Assembly: GCA_965221605.1 (NCBI GenBank)
Contig: CBDCSK010000006.1
Coordinates: 757-64,756 of the forward strand
Reading direction: 5' to 3'
Source: Candidatus Aldehydirespirator sp.
GTDB lineage: Bacteria > Actinomycetota > Acidimicrobiia > Acidimicrobiales > Aldehydirespiratoraceae
Length of the DNA: 64,000 bases
The notes under the pieces are model-generated. The model ran no database searches, was not told the DNA's origin, and saw only the letters and a list, made by a program, of their open reading frames with translations. Shown here one piece after another: positions 63,617-64,000 of this stretch; position 1 is the first letter of the stretch; the number at the start of each line of letters is the position of its first letter. Made by a program: the position numbers and the translations under genes.

Positions 63617-63624
63617 GGTATACA
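63617..63624 (+). promoter_or_regulatory. GGTATACA box between the panE-like start and the PIN gene stop
   Basis: ACGGTATACAGAC, the identical 13-mer found at 54869-54881. It points antisense into the PIN gene, and no credible plus-strand CDS follows. Confidence 0.3.
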
Positions 63625-63711
63625 GACGATGACTAGGCCGGAGTCGGCGTTCGGCCTCCCGGCCCTGGCGATCGGTGGTGCTCTGCCACGACCATCGGTG
63701 TGGGCTTCAGG

Positions 63712-64000
63712 TCATGAGCGGGCGTTGAGACATTCTGGTGCCGGTCTCGACTGGGCCCATCTCAAGACTCTGCGGTCCGATGTCACCAGCCGGCGCTTGG
63801 TGACCATGGACGCCGCGACGACTATCTGGTCAGCCGGGTCGGCATGGAAGCCGTGTCGAGGCTCAAGCGACGCGGCAAGCATGGCGATCTCCGCGGTGAC
63901 GGGGATCTCGCGCAGCCCTCGCCCCAGCAGGTCTCGATACCAGACTTCGGGCACGGCCGGCAGCTCTATCCGGTCCGCCCAGTGAAGACGGGCGACTTCC
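63712..64000 (-). CDS. PIN-domain (VapC-like) toxin, C-terminal part; gene start lies beyond the window end
   Basis: HADPADQIVVAASMVTKRRLVTSDRRVLRW matches the DP.DR.i.A.A......lvT.D motif. My own translation shows the frame stays open from 63955 to 64000 (EVARLHWADRIELPA...). Confidence 0.65.
   Translation of the reverse strand, partial: EVARLHWADRIELPAVPEVWYRDLLGRGLREIPVTAEIAMLAASLEPRHGFHADPADQIVVAASMVTKRRLVTSDRRVLRWAQSRPAPECLNARS

Noticed and set aside
15513-63624. GTATAC core of the recurrent box as the recognition site of the local R-M system
   Set aside because: Type III systems recognise short asymmetric sites, whereas GTATAC is palindromic. The box is confined to promoter-proximal positions with conserved asymmetric flanks, which fits transcription signals better than restriction-site avoidance.
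63629-63985. 118-aa plus-strand ORF starting 4 nt after the GGTATACA box
   Set aside because: It is antisense to a recognisable PIN-domain gene and its translation is S/A/R-rich with no similarity. I kept only the possibility of an antisense transcript, mentioned under the motif finding.
1-64000. rRNA, tRNA, tmRNA, riboswitch or CRISPR features
   Set aside because: The intergenic regions are few and short. None contains cloverleaf-like arms, rRNA-like conserved stretches or repeat-spacer arrays that I could recognise by eye. A covariance-model scan (Infernal/Rfam, tRNAscan-SE) would be needed to exclude small RNAs formally.

Overview
About 64 kb of very G+C-rich, gene-dense bacterial chromosome. 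It looks actinobacterial: strong G/C3 codon bias, many 4-nt ATGA/GTGA start-stop overlaps, several apparently leaderless starts, LLM/F420-type oxidoreductases, a Cdc48-like (Cpa-type) AAA ATPase, and a mycobacterial-type gulonolactone oxidase remnant. I call about 60 protein-coding genes or remnants. They include: a Type III-like restriction-modification pair (res 1789-4779, mod 4776-7370) with three small trailing genes; two catabolic-style clusters (Rieske oxygenases, cupins, amidohydrolases, SDRs, acyl-CoA dehydrogenases and ligases, IMDH-like, OCD-like); a Cpa-like AAA ATPase followed by a gamma-glutamyltransferase; a DUF4143-type ATPase; a long minus-strand array (fused EtfB-EtfA, LLM, amidohydrolase, lipoprotein, atypical FtsH-like protease, SRPBCC); a Phd/VapC module and a second, partial PIN gene; an indolepyruvate:ferredoxin oxidoreductase broken by five +1 frameshifts; a peptide-type ABC importer with no binding-protein gene; and four related MFS transporters. 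I recognised no rRNA, tRNA, CRISPR array, transposase or integrase by eye. The most interesting signals are non-genic or architectural. (1) A GGTATAC(A/T) box occurs eight times, only in intergenic DNA. (2) Four exactly 23-bp-phased direct repeats lie in an AT-rich divergent promoter region at 24403-24494. (3) Twin ACCCAAAG/CTTTGGGT palindromes lie at 45311-45371. (4) Short interspersed intergenic repeats are present. (5) There is an unusual density of frame disruptions and deletion scars. (6) The FtsH-like protease has about 87 extra residues inside its AAA module and is paired with a lipoprotein. I did not find a self-evident novel multi-gene system. All family assignments come from motif recognition and memory, not from database searches.
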